Shown: positions 19,060-29,304 of the stretch, piece by piece | Position numbering within the stretch: position 1 is the first letter of the stretch | How the letters are laid out: each line of letters begins with the position of its first letter | NCBI GenBank assembly: GCA_965203275.1 | Contig: OZ241865.1 | Coordinates: 1-64,000, forward strand | Source: Bdellovibrionales bacterium | GTDB lineage: Bacteria; Bdellovibrionota; Bdellovibrionia; Bdellovibrionales; JAUICD01 | DNA: 64,000 nucleotides | Direction of reading: 5' to 3' | Notes under the pieces: model-generated | Databases searched by the model: none | What the model saw: only the letters and a program-made list of their open reading frames with translations | Told to the model about the DNA's origin: nothing | Made by a program: the position numbers and the translations under genes

Positions 19060-20412
19060 TTAAGGTTCATACCAATACACAATGACAGGAGGACCTGTCG
19101 GAGCTTTTGCCTGTTGTGTATTGGTCGTATTATTATTGGTAGGCTGTTTTGTATTTGCCGAAGCAGAGGTTGGATTGGGATTGGCTTTGTTATTTTGAAG
19201 ATTGGTCTTTGCTCTAGATAAGTTGGAGGCTGTAGCTTCCACATCGTACACAATAGCAATAATATCCTTTTGAACATTATTAGAAAGACCTGTGCTTTTG
19301 ATCATAAAATTATATTCTGAGCCAAAATAAAAAGGAATTTTTTTATTTCTCATGGACTGCGTATCAATGAAACCATCTAAAAAAGTAAAAAAATCTTCTG
19401 CGTTTTGAAATAAGCCCTGTGAGGGATCACTTTTTCTCTCCTCTATAGCTGCCACAACCTCGTCTGTAATCCTTGCATCCAAAGTCTTTAATAAATGGGT
19501 ACCTGCATAATTGGGATTGATGCCTTTGTTCCCATAAACAGTGATATGAGGGGCTAATAAATTATAAATTTTATTTGTTACTCCATTGACCATTTTAACT
19601 TCTTGTAAAGTCCGAAAGGGACGATTTGGTGGCAGGTCACCTCTAATATCATTATCAACAACAATTTGAGAGTAAAGATTACTTTCTGCTCCACCTTTTT
19701 GACCATTTTGATCTCTGTCAACCCAATCTGTGATATTATCAACGATTTGTTCATAATCATAATCAGGAAAGGTTCTTCCATAACTTTCTTCATTCTCCAT
19801 ATTGGTATCAAAGATATTAATTAATTGCATGCGGGTCATGTCTCTAAGGGCTTCTATCTCTGATGCAAGATCATTGATATCTATTTTAGAACCTTCACTT
19901 AAAATTTGTGTTGTGTACTGCGTTGATCCCATTAGGGATTCACTGACAGTATCTTGTATTTGCTCTCTTTCCACTCGCCCTAACTCTGCGGGTAATACAG
20001 AGGTGATGGGCCAAACCAAAGGGAAATTCCAAATCATATCTAATAAATGTTGCTGTCCAGCAAGCTGTTGTCCAAGTTGAGCAAATGCTTGTTTATAAAT
20101 ATGAATCCGAAGACGAGAAAGTTCTACTCCAGCCTTAGCAGCATAGTAAGCTTTAAGCCTGTGATATTCCTTATTTGAAATAATGTATTCAATACTGACA
20201 TCATAGCTTAATTCCACAGCAATAAAGCTTAAAACAATCACAGCAAAAAGAGAGATCATCAAAGCCACACCTGTTTGTTTGTGTCTCTTTAAAAAGATAT
20301 GTTTTTGAGGTGCTCTAGGGTAGTTAGCTTGATGTTTTAAGTTATTGCAAAAAGCCCGAAGAGCTTTTTTTATTTTAAGGATATAGCATTTGGTGTTCAT
20401 ATTTGTATCCAT
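19060..20412 (-). CDS. gspK: Type II secretion protein GspK
   Basis: G|VALMISL, KIDINDL, DWVDRD, INPNYA; follows gspJ. Confidence 0.9.
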   Translation of the reverse strand: MDTNMNTKCYILKIKKALRAFCNNLKHQANYPRAPQKHIFLKRHKQTGVALMISLFAVIVLSFIAVELSYDVSIEYIISNKEYHRLKAYYAAKAGVELSRLRIHIYKQAFAQLGQQLAGQQHLLDMIWNFPLVWPITSVLPAELGRVEREQIQDTVSESLMGSTQYTTQILSEGSKIDINDLASEIEALRDMTRMQLINIFDTNMENEESYGRTFPDYDYEQIVDNITDWVDRDQNGQKGGAESNLYSQIVVDNDIRGDLPPNRPFRTLQEVKMVNGVTNKIYNLLAPHITVYGNKGINPNYAGTHLLKTLDARITDEVVAAIEERKSDPSQGLFQNAEDFFTFLDGFIDTQSMRNKKIPFYFGSEYNFMIKSTGLSNNVQKDIIAIVYDVEATASNLSRAKTNLQNNKANPNPTSASANTKQPTNNNTTNTQQAKAPTGPPVIVYWYEP

Positions 20413-20458
20413 CCTTTTTTGGACCTTTTATTATCTAATTCCATATATCTGGAAGTTT

Positions 20459-21241
20459 CTATAGCCCTAGCTGTTGCACAGGTGCTTTGTTATTTACATT
20501 AGGATTGTGAGTATGCCTAAGAGGGATTACAGATTGTCTTTTAATAGGAGGTCGTTTGTTGTTTTCTACTTCCAATGTAATTTCCACAGCTCTTGGAAAA
20601 GTGTTTTGTGTCTTAGAATTCCATACAGAGTCCCAGGATTTACGTTCTCCATTATAAAAGCGAAATTCCAATAACTTGACATTTTCTAGTAATACACGTG
20701 CAGCCCCTCCTCTTTCAACATCATCATCTACAAAAGAGGCTATCCTTCTCCAAAGGCAATCAGATGTTTCATTACGTTTTATAAAACCCTTACACTCTTC
20801 TATATAATAACCCACCTCCTTAATATCACCATCTAATCCCTTGCTATAACCTCGCCCTTGAAGTAAGGTCACAAAATTTATTCGAGATTCTTCTCCTAGA
20901 AATTGTGTTGTTTGTGGTGGAGGGATCGCACCATGAGCTTGTTGTGGTTGTGTGACAGCAGTAGGAGGACGTTGAAGAGGAGGGTTTGCATTTTGCTTTT
21001 TGTTATTCCCAAGCTTTGTGAGAAGTTCATGGTGAATATCTTTAAAATGAAAAGTCATTTGTATGTCTCTTTCAATAATTTTGAAAGCTGTTTCAATAGA
21101 AGATATATTATCTATATTGGTTTGCATCCTACTTTTATCTCGAATAGATCTTGAAATAGACTGAGCTGTTAAAACAGAAAGCGTTGCTAAAATACCCATA
21201 GCAATTAAAACTTCAATGAGGGTAAAGCCTTGCTGTTTCAT
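20459..21241 (-). CDS. gspJ: Type II secretion pseudopilin GspJ
   Basis: G|FTLIEVL, PRAVEITL; gene order. Confidence 0.85.
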   Translation of the reverse strand: MKQQGFTLIEVLIAMGILATLSVLTAQSISRSIRDKSRMQTNIDNISSIETAFKIIERDIQMTFHFKDIHHELLTKLGNNKKQNANPPLQRPPTAVTQPQQAHGAIPPPQTTQFLGEESRINFVTLLQGRGYSKGLDGDIKEVGYYIEECKGFIKRNETSDCLWRRIASFVDDDVERGGAARVLLENVKLLEFRFYNGERKSWDSVWNSKTQNTFPRAVEITLEVENNKRPPIKRQSVIPLRHTHNPNVNNKAPVQQLGL

Positions 21242-21774
21242 TGATTTAACCCTCCTGCACCTGCTCCAGCTCCAGGTAAATTGACTTGATTGTAAAAGAC
21301 CAAATAAGTGGTAATACTATAGGTCAGAGTTCTGTTTTTAGCTTTCCAAAGTACAGAGACTTTCATTTCTTTAACAGCTTTAGATAATTGAGATGAGAGT
21401 TGTTGGATCATAGTCAAGGTCATTTGATTAACTCCACCTTCTTCAGATTGGCTAACGATCACAGGGGCAAGGTTAGGAAACTCTAAGGGTTTAATTTCTG
21501 TTTTCCAGGATAAATCAGGATAATCTCTGCCAAAGTCACCTTCAAGTTCTTGATCAGTGATAATATTTTGATCTTTAAATTGCAGTTCCATTTCTGTTGC
21601 TTGTTTTTGAAGTAGGTGAGTGATCACATTGACTTTTCTGCCTTTTCGATAAGCCATCACACTACCAGTCCATGAAGCTGAAAGAGCTACCAAAGCTCCA
21701 GACAATATCATCATTGCGATAAGGACTTCAATAAGGGTAAAGCCATGCCGTTTCATTTGATTTTCCCTATTCAT
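21238..21774 (-). CDS. gspI: Type II secretion pseudopilin GspI
   Basis: G|FTLIEVL; gene order. Confidence 0.8.
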   Translation of the reverse strand: MNRENQMKRHGFTLIEVLIAMMILSGALVALSASWTGSVMAYRKGRKVNVITHLLQKQATEMELQFKDQNIITDQELEGDFGRDYPDLSWKTEIKPLEFPNLAPVIVSQSEEGGVNQMTLTMIQQLSSQLSKAVKEMKVSVLWKAKNRTLTYSITTYLVFYNQVNLPGAGAGAGGLNQ

Positions 21775-22439
21775 CTGATTTCTCTCTTCAAAGCTTTTAA
21801 TGAAAGCCGACGACCAATAATATGCCCCTTACCCGTTAAAGAATTATAAGTAATAGTCCAATTTGCTTTTTTCCCATCAGAAATATGAATAGCTGCTTGC
21901 TCTATGATCCCTTGAGGGAAAAAGTGTATATAAGCTTTGCCCTCCTCTACCATCTGACCCTCAACTTCAATATCTTGAAAGGAAAGAGGCTTAGGTAATA
22001 AGACAGGTTCTGGTAAAATACCTTCTTCCATTTGAAAAGTACTTAACTGGGGGGATTTTTCATTGTCTTCTTCAATGTTATTTTCATCTTCTTCATTAAA
22101 ATCTTCAGAGACATAACCTGATGTGCTTTCTATCCAAAAACTATGTGGCTTTTGCTTTGAAAGGTCAAAAACCAATCGATATGTTTTGTGTTCTAGTCGA
22201 GAATAAACTTGAAGCTGTTTACCTAAAACAGTCAGTTTTCTAATAGTCGCTTTAAATTCATTCTGATGAGAACCAATGCGAGGTAGAGCTAACATAGCAA
22301 GCCCTGCTAATAGAAGTAAAATGATCATCACCTCTATCAAGGTAAAGGCTTGCTCTGCTTTGATATTAGAGATGAAGGATTCTCTGCTAGAAGGACCCTT
22401 TGCCGGTCGAAATACTTGCCGGTCAAAGTGCCTTGCCAT
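21771..22439 (-). CDS. gspH: Type II secretion pseudopilin GspH-like
   Basis: A|FTLIEVM, IHFFPQG; gene order. Confidence 0.78.
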   Translation of the reverse strand: MARHFDRQVFRPAKGPSSRESFISNIKAEQAFTLIEVMIILLLLAGLAMLALPRIGSHQNEFKATIRKLTVLGKQLQVYSRLEHKTYRLVFDLSKQKPHSFWIESTSGYVSEDFNEEDENNIEEDNEKSPQLSTFQMEEGILPEPVLLPKPLSFQDIEVEGQMVEEGKAYIHFFPQGIIEQAAIHISDGKKANWTITYNSLTGKGHIIGRRLSLKALKREIR

Positions 22440-22462
22440 TTAAACCTCCTTATTAACATAAA

Positions 22463-22915
22463 TTATTCATCGTCTGAGGATATATCTTTGTCGGAGCCTG
22501 TTCCTCCTTCACGGCCATCAGCTCCTAGAGAACTGACAATATAGCTACTGCCATCTCTTTCATAGACAAACTCATTATTCCAGGGATCTCTAGGAACTTT
22601 ATCAATATAAGGTTCAGGACCCCACTCAGGACAGTTACTAGGTGCCTCCACTAAGGCTTGTAATCCTTCGCCACTATCGGGGAAAAAACCACAAGCTGCA
22701 TAAAACATACCCAGATGATTTTTAAGGGTTTGGATTTGAATTCTAGCTTGTCTGACATTACCACTACGCAATTGCCTCATCACATTAGGAGCTAAAATAG
22801 CCATTAAGCTTCCTACAATGACCAAAACAATCATAATCTCCATTAAGGTCATACCTTTTCGACCTTTTACTATGCTTACTATGCGATCTTGTGTGAACTG
22901 AAAATAGTTTTTCAC
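22463..22915 (-). CDS. gspG: Major pseudopilin GspG
   Basis: G|MTLMEIM, GLQALV, PRDPWNN, SLGADGREGG. Confidence 0.93.
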   Translation of the reverse strand: MKNYFQFTQDRIVSIVKGRKGMTLMEIMIVLVIVGSLMAILAPNVMRQLRSGNVRQARIQIQTLKNHLGMFYAACGFFPDSGEGLQALVEAPSNCPEWGPEPYIDKVPRDPWNNEFVYERDGSSYIVSSLGADGREGGTGSDKDISSDDE

Positions 22916-23035
22916 TTCTGCCTCCTCTTTAATTTTAATAATTTTTTAGTTTTAGAGTGATTAGTTAAAAAATAAATAAAAGTATATCCACTTTTATATT
23001 ATATCCACAATAAAATATTTTGTCCATCATTTTTT

Positions 23036-23600
23036 TTCACTAAAAGTGGTCTGTTTCACTAAAAGTGGTCTGTTTCACTAAAAGTGGTCTAGCCTCTGGC
23101 TACTTTTGGGCAATGACCGCAAAGGCTTTCGCCTTTGACAAAATGGTCATTGCCTCAAAAGCCTGACCACTTTTAGTAGGGAGGATCCTTTCGTCTCTTG
23201 ACCACATGTTAAGGAAAAAGTCCTTTTGTTTCACTAAAAGTGGTCTGACCTCTGGTCACTTTCTGGTTGCCAGCCCGACGGCTATCGCCGTCGATCAAAG
23301 GCTAACTGCCTAGAAAATTCATTTATTTTGAGTAGGGAGGATCTCCTTGCTTCTGACACCATGTTAAGGAAATAAGATATGCTTCTAATTTTTTGAGAGC
23401 AAATGGGTTGCAATGAAGGAACTTTTTCCTTAACATCGTGTAAAGAGACGAGAGGATCCTCATTACTAAAAGTGGTCAGGCTTTCTAGGTTGCCAGCATT
23501 TAAGAAGGCGGTAGCCTTCGGCTGGCAACCAGAAAGTGACCAGAGGTCAGACCACTTTTAGTGAACCAACGGCTAGTTTACTTTTAGTGAACCAGAGTGA
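23036..23600. repeat. Hairpin-element cluster: tail-to-tail doublet with 3x19-bp stacked left ends
   Basis: TTCACTAAAAGTGGTCTG(T) repeated at 23036, 23055 and 23074; linker 23371-23425; reverse unit to 23565. Confidence 0.93.
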
Positions 23601-23619
23601 AAAAGACAAAGAGGTACTT

Positions 23620-24414
23620 ATGGATAAACAAAAATATACGAAGTTAGATAATAATAGATCCAAAAAATGGTGTGCAGCTAATTGGAAGCTTCATAAAACA
23701 CCTCAAGAAGCAGGGCAGTTTATTGATTTGTTTTTGCAAAAAGCCAAAGATTTTTTGACAGATTCTTGCTGTCAGATAGTTATTTATCCTCAAAATTTTT
23801 CTTGCCCTATACTTGCAGAGAAAACCAAAAACACACCTCTTATATGGGGTGGACAAAATGCTTATATTTCATCCTCTGGTGCTTATACAGGAGAAAACTC
23901 ATACACCCTTCTTAAATGCCTAGGAGCTAGCACTGTACTTGTAGGACATAGTGAGAGAAGAACCCTTTTTAAAGAAACCAATGAAATGATAGCTACAAAA
24001 ATGCAACTAGCCTCTCAAGCTGGTTTGATTCCTATGCTTTGTGTGGGTGAAAATGAACAAGAATGCCAGATGAAACAAACCAAAAAGGTTCTAGCTGAAC
24101 AACTCAAAATAGGACTGAGTCGTTTTGATTTGACTCGTCCCTTATTGATAGCTTATGAACCTGTTTGGGCTATTTCTACAGGGAATCCTGCCACCTTAGA
24201 GATCATTGAAGAAGCTCATTTATGGATCAAGCAAACTCTATCATCCCTTTATAATTTCAAAGAAAATATACCAGTTCTTTATGGGGGGAGTGTGAAACCA
24301 GAAAATGCTCAAAAGCTTGCCCATGGGAAAAACGTGGATGGTTTTTTAGTAGGAGGAGCTTCTTTAGAGGTAGATAGTTTTCTTACTATTATTAAAACTT
24401 TAAACACCAACTAA
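23620..24414 (+). CDS. tpiA: Triosephosphate isomerase
   Basis: ANWK, GHSERR, AYEPVWAI, YGGSV, LVGGASL; GAGG RBS before ATG 23620. Confidence 0.95.
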   Translation: MDKQKYTKLDNNRSKKWCAANWKLHKTPQEAGQFIDLFLQKAKDFLTDSCCQIVIYPQNFSCPILAEKTKNTPLIWGGQNAYISSSGAYTGENSYTLLKCLGASTVLVGHSERRTLFKETNEMIATKMQLASQAGLIPMLCVGENEQECQMKQTKKVLAEQLKIGLSRFDLTRPLLIAYEPVWAISTGNPATLEIIEEAHLWIKQTLSSLYNFKENIPVLYGGSVKPENAQKLAHGKNVDGFLVGGASLEVDSFLTIIKTLNTN

Positions 24415-24479
24415 TTATTATGATATATACCATTTGACAGAGTGCTTTTCTTAAAGTAAAACAGACAAAAGGGGTCATA

Positions 24480-24971
24480 ATGGATTTTTTAACCATAATA
24501 CATATCATTATAGCTATTATATTAATTCTCTTGGTCTTAGTTCAAGATTCTAAAGGGGCTATGGGTAGCACCTTTGGTGGTGGAGGGGGCGGGGGTTCTA
24601 ATACCTTATTTGGAGCGACTGGTGTGGAGAATGTCCTCACGAGGTCCACTAAAATTATTGTTATTTTCTTTGCACTCACTTGCATTCTCCTCACACGATT
24701 GTCTTCACAAAATAGGGACAGTGTTTTAGATACAGAAGGTCATCGTCCCACACAGCCTGTCAACACAGAGCAACCTATAGCCTTACCGCCTACAGATACC
24801 AATCCTACTGATAGAGAAGACCTAGAAGGAGATCAAATCAATCAAGCTATTACAGATGATAAAAAAAATCAATCTGTCACTAAAGATCCAATCAATCAAG
24901 GTGACAAGCAAACAAATGAGATAGAAAAAACACAAGATACTACAAATAAAAAAGAAGATAATACCAAATAA
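24480..24971 (+). CDS. secG: Preprotein translocase SecG with long polar tail
   Basis: LVLVQ..KG, FGG, LTRST; downstream of tpiA. Confidence 0.92.
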   Translation: MDFLTIIHIIIAIILILLVLVQDSKGAMGSTFGGGGGGGSNTLFGATGVENVLTRSTKIIVIFFALTCILLTRLSSQNRDSVLDTEGHRPTQPVNTEQPIALPPTDTNPTDREDLEGDQINQAITDDKKNQSVTKDPINQGDKQTNEIEKTQDTTNKKEDNTK

Positions 24972-25005
24972 ACAGTTATAAATATATCAAATCATCAATG
25001 AGTTT

Positions 25006-26226
25006 CTAGTGAGTTTCCAAAACTTTTAAACCAGGAAGGCTTTGCCCTTGAAGGTATTTTAAACTAGCTCCGCCTCCTGTTGACAAATTTTTAATACAAG
25101 AGTTACTTTTTTTCACAGCTGAGAGAGAATCTCCTCCACCCACTATACAATAAGCTTTTCCATGAGCAATAGCTTGAGCTATTTCAAAAGTCCCTTTTGC
25201 AAAAGTGGGGACTTCAAATAGGCCCATAGGTCCATTCCAAAAGATTGTTTGACTCTTTGCAATAACACTTTTGTATTTTTCAATTGTCTGAGGACCTAAA
25301 TCATAAGCAAAGTATTTTGGTGGAATGACAGAATCTTTTGTGATCTTTGTATTTATTGAAACTTCTGATGTAATATCTTGAGTAGCTTTTGAGCAGATCA
25401 CGTGATCTATAGGCAATAAGCATGTTTTACTTCGAGCTTCTAAATGTTTCAGGATATCTTTAATGGTTTGTATTTGATCATTTTGTACGGGCATATCCCC
25501 TACGTCTACACCTTGAGCTTTCAAAAAAGCATAAGCCATCAGGCCACCTATAATAAAAATATCTGCTTGATCTATTAAATGCTGTATGACGCCTAGCTTA
25601 TCATCAAGCTTAGCTCCCCCTAAAATCACTGTAAAGGGCGACGGAGCTTGGAATAAAGAATCTAATAATTTCATTTCTTTTTGGACTAAAAATCCTACAC
25701 CTTTTTTTTTAACGATAGTGGGTAAACCAACAAGGCTTGCATGTGATCTGTGGCAAACAGCAAAGGCATCATTAATATAAATATCTGTATAGCTTGCAAA
25801 ATGGGTAGCTAAAGTAAGGGCATTTTGTTCTTCCCCTGGGTTAAAGCGTAAGTTTTCTAACATCAGTATTTGATTGAAGTGCAGACCTTGAATTAAGTGA
25901 CGAGGAGCCTCTCCTAAAACATCTTCCATCAACAACACTTCTATATTTAATTTTTCTGCTAAATAGTCAGCTATGGGCATGAGGCTTAATTTTTTTTTGT
26001 CTTTTTTCAGGTGGGGACGTCCAAGGTGAGATGCTACAATAAGTTTAGCTCTTTGTTTGAGAGCATATTCAATGGTAGGTAGAGTGGCTATGATACGGCT
26101 ATCATCTATAATCTTTTGATCTTTTATGGGAACATTGAGGTCTAAACGTAAAAAAACTCTTTGAGATTGCAGATCAAAGTCTGTAATGCATTTTATTTTG
26201 GATATTTTTGAATGATAAGAGACCAT
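25006..26226 (-). CDS. pgk: Phosphoglycerate kinase
   Basis: RLDLNVP, SHLGRP, LENLRF, WNGPMG, STGGGASL. Confidence 0.95.
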   Translation of the reverse strand: MVSYHSKISKIKCITDFDLQSQRVFLRLDLNVPIKDQKIIDDSRIIATLPTIEYALKQRAKLIVASHLGRPHLKKDKKKLSLMPIADYLAEKLNIEVLLMEDVLGEAPRHLIQGLHFNQILMLENLRFNPGEEQNALTLATHFASYTDIYINDAFAVCHRSHASLVGLPTIVKKKGVGFLVQKEMKLLDSLFQAPSPFTVILGGAKLDDKLGVIQHLIDQADIFIIGGLMAYAFLKAQGVDVGDMPVQNDQIQTIKDILKHLEARSKTCLLPIDHVICSKATQDITSEVSINTKITKDSVIPPKYFAYDLGPQTIEKYKSVIAKSQTIFWNGPMGLFEVPTFAKGTFEIAQAIAHGKAYCIVGGGDSLSAVKKSNSCIKNLSTGGGASLKYLQGQSLPGLKVLETH

Positions 26227-26404
26227 TTTTACTCCGGATAAAATCTTAATAACTCATTTCATAATAAGTGTTGTACTATGTTTATTTATACTATTAGAAT
26301 TCTATCAGCAAGTGCAATAAATGCATGGTAACATTTAAACACTTCGAAGATCAATGAGTGTGGAGGATATATACAAAAGGATATCCCTAACCCCACCCCC
26401 CGCC

Positions 26405-26810
26405 CTTCGATCAAAGGCTGAGTTGTTTCACTCAAAGTGAACTGACCTCTGGTCACTTTTGGACAATGACCGCAAAGGCTTTCGCCTTTGACAAAATGGT
26501 CATTGTCTCAAAAGCCTGTTCACTTTGAGTAGAGAGGATCCTTTTTTCTCTTAACACCATGTTAAGGAAAAAGAGTTCTTTCTGATCCCTGACTGCCCGG
26601 ATCCCGGGTTGTTTCACTAAAAGTGGTCTAGCCTCTGGCTACTTTCTGGCGATGACCACGATGGCTTTCGCCATCGATAAAATGGTCATCGCCTAGAAAG
26701 CCTGACCACTTTTAGTAATGAGGATCTCTTCGTCTCTTGACCACATGTTAAGGAAACAAAATGCCTTTTCTGCCTGATGCCGGGTTGCCGGATCCCAGAT
26801 CCCGGAGGGA
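26405..26810 (+). repeat. Hairpin-element cluster
   Basis: Full units at 26427 and 26613, each with a short heptamer tail. Confidence 0.93.
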
Positions 26811-26959
26811 AAATCAAATCAAGAATCAATTGTCAAATGCCGTGTAATTTATTTATATAAACCCTTGCAAAGGGCATATCTTTTTTACAAACATGTTTTT
26901 TTTTACAAATATGTCTTCTCTTAACTTGCAATAGAGGAAAAATATAATATAACTCACTT

Positions 26960-28996
26960 ATGATGAAAAAATATTTTTTATGTTTATTTTTTGTAGTCAG
27001 TGTAATCAATGTTGGTGAGACATTTGCCTTACCTCAAGAACATTGCCCTGACGTTTTACTTACTGTTGCGGATAAAGATCATCAAAGGTTCAGAGAGCTT
27101 TCACCAGAAGCTCAAAACATGCTCCAAATAGCTTCTCTCATTGCTCAAGTGACACATAGCAATAACTCTATACCAGTAAAAGTGAATATTTATCATGTCT
27201 TACTTGCAGCTTTGACAAAAATCCAATCAGCCAATGAGGCCATCTATCGTTTAAATTTAGAGGATTTAGCTGGTGATGGTGAAAATAAAAGTGCATTATT
27301 TGTTGTTTTAAAAAACCTAGGAATTTTAAGGGATTTTCAAAGATTTCTTTTAGAAGAAATAGGTTTAAATAGTAGCAACCCAGAGCCTTTTGAATTCCAG
27401 TCAGATGGATTACTTCTCCTCAATCTGAATGAAGCTGTATTGACATCGATAAAAATTGACTATGATGAAGAATTTGATCGCTTATGGAATTTAGCTATTC
27501 GTGAGAAAGAAGAAGAGATCAGAAACATACATCGTCAAAATGGTCGGATTTTACAACTTAGTAATACAGAAAATGCAGTCAGGTACATAAAAATTAGGGA
27601 TAAGACAAAACGATATGATAAGACTTTTCGGATTCCCACTTTCCCAGAACATTTCTTTTTAGCGTCCTTACATGTTGATTTGCCTATTTTTCATTTTCTA
27701 TCAGAGTATTTTGATGGTAAGACACCGGCTCAGATTAAAGGTACACTCTATCCATTGATAGATCAAGCTAAGCGATCTTTTTGGAATTTTTCAAAAAAGA
27801 AAAAACGCAATTCTTACTCTAAAGAACAAAAAGCAGAGGGCGTTGCTCTACTGATAGAAAAAATAAATAAAGGGATAGGAATTACTCAAGCTGTTGTAGA
27901 AATAGCAGAGAAAATAGGGATTCATGCTAGCACTCTGAATAATCTGTTTTATGAATATAAAACAGAGGTCATTGATCTAGTTATTAATAGAGAGCAAGAG
28001 ATAGAATCTGAAAAAGCTATTGCAGAGGTAGCAGAGCAGAAAAATATTGATCCTGAGATTTTGCAGGATTGGATTGACAAATATAAGGAGCCATCTAAGC
28101 ACACTGAAAAAAATATTTACACTAAAAAAAGAAAAGCAGAGACTATTGATCTAATGATGGAAAAAATAAATAAAGGGATAAGAATTACTCAAGCCATTGC
28201 AGAAGTAGCAGAGCAAACAAAGATTCCTACCTCTACTTTGCATAATTGGTTTTATAAATATAAAAGAGAGTCCATTGCTCTAGTGATGAACAGAGAGCAA
28301 AAGATAGGGTCTGAAAAAGCTATTGCAGAAGTCGCAGTGCAGAAGAATATCTATCCTGAGATTTTGCAAGATTGGGTTGACAAATATAAGGAGAATAAAT
28401 CTAAACCTAAACAAAATTTTTACTTAAAAAAAAGAAAAGCAAAGGCCATTGCTCTAATGATGGAAAAAGTAAATAAAGGGATAAGAATTACTCAAGCTAG
28501 TGCAGAAATAGCAGAGCAAACAGGAATTCCTGCCATCACTCTGAGTAATTGGTTTTATGAATATAAAAGAGAGTCCATTGATCTAGTTATGAACAGAGAG
28601 CAAGAGATAGGGTCTGAAAAAGCTATTGCAGAAGTAGCAGAGGAGCAGAACATCGATCCTGAGATTTTGCAGGATTGGATTGATAAATATAAGGAGCCAT
28701 CTAAGCACACTGAAAAAAATACTTACAATAAAAAAAGAAAAACAGAGGCCATTGCTTCACTTATTAAAAGAAAGAAAGAAATAGAAGGATCGTTTCATAA
28801 AGTTATTGCAGAAGTAGCAGAGCAAACAGGAATTCCTGCTAATACTCTGTGGAATTGGCTTAAGAAATATAAAAAAGAGGTCATTGCTCTAGTGATGAAC
28901 AGAGAGCAAGAGATAGAATCTGAAAAAGCCATTTTAGAAGTAGCAGAGGAGCAGAACATCGATCCTGAGATTTTGCAGGATTGGATTGACAAATAG
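26960..28996 (+). CDS. Secreted protein with Clp-N-like N-terminus and tandem transposase-type HTH repeats
   Basis: Signal peptide; three ~100-aa repeats 'Y.K..KAE.I.L...IAEVAEQTGIP..TL.NW...I.PEILQDW'. Confidence 0.75.
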   Translation: MMKKYFLCLFFVVSVINVGETFALPQEHCPDVLLTVADKDHQRFRELSPEAQNMLQIASLIAQVTHSNNSIPVKVNIYHVLLAALTKIQSANEAIYRLNLEDLAGDGENKSALFVVLKNLGILRDFQRFLLEEIGLNSSNPEPFEFQSDGLLLLNLNEAVLTSIKIDYDEEFDRLWNLAIREKEEEIRNIHRQNGRILQLSNTENAVRYIKIRDKTKRYDKTFRIPTFPEHFFLASLHVDLPIFHFLSEYFDGKTPAQIKGTLYPLIDQAKRSFWNFSKKKKRNSYSKEQKAEGVALLIEKINKGIGITQAVVEIAEKIGIHASTLNNLFYEYKTEVIDLVINREQEIESEKAIAEVAEQKNIDPEILQDWIDKYKEPSKHTEKNIYTKKRKAETIDLMMEKINKGIRITQAIAEVAEQTKIPTSTLHNWFYKYKRESIALVMNREQKIGSEKAIAEVAVQKNIYPEILQDWVDKYKENKSKPKQNFYLKKRKAKAIALMMEKVNKGIRITQASAEIAEQTGIPAITLSNWFYEYKRESIDLVMNREQEIGSEKAIAEVAEEQNIDPEILQDWIDKYKEPSKHTEKNTYNKKRKTEAIASLIKRKKEIEGSFHKVIAEVAEQTGIPANTLWNWLKKYKKEVIALVMNREQEIESEKAILEVAEEQNIDPEILQDWIDK

Positions 28997-29179
28997 GAGA
29001 CACCTAAACGTGAATATAAAAAAGATTCTTACTTAAAAAAAAGCAAAGCAAAGCAAAGGCTATTGATTTAGTTATGGAAAAAGAAAAAGAGATAGGATCA
29101 CTTAATAAAGCCTTTGCAGAAGTTGCAAAGCAAACAAAGATTCATGTCAAAACTCTGAGGTCTTGGTTTGATGAGTTGG

Positions 29180-29295
29180 TTCACTAAAAGTAGCCCATTT
29201 CACTCAAAGTGACTAGAGGTCAGTTTACTTTTAGGGAAACAAACGGCATGATGCATTTTGAGTGAAAAAGACCACTTTTAGGGAAACAAACGGGA
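29180..29295. repeat. Stacked left-end fragments of the hairpin element
   Basis: Forward ends at 29180 and 29199; reverse ends at ~29238, 29265 and 29285. Confidence 0.85.
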
Positions 29296-29304
29296 AACAA
29301 AACA

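Noticed and set aside
23536..23619. N-terminal extension of TpiA (and of the SPT-like ORF to 44334)
   Set aside because: The upstream GTG comes from the repeat; better RBS-ATG pairs lie at 23620 and 44307.
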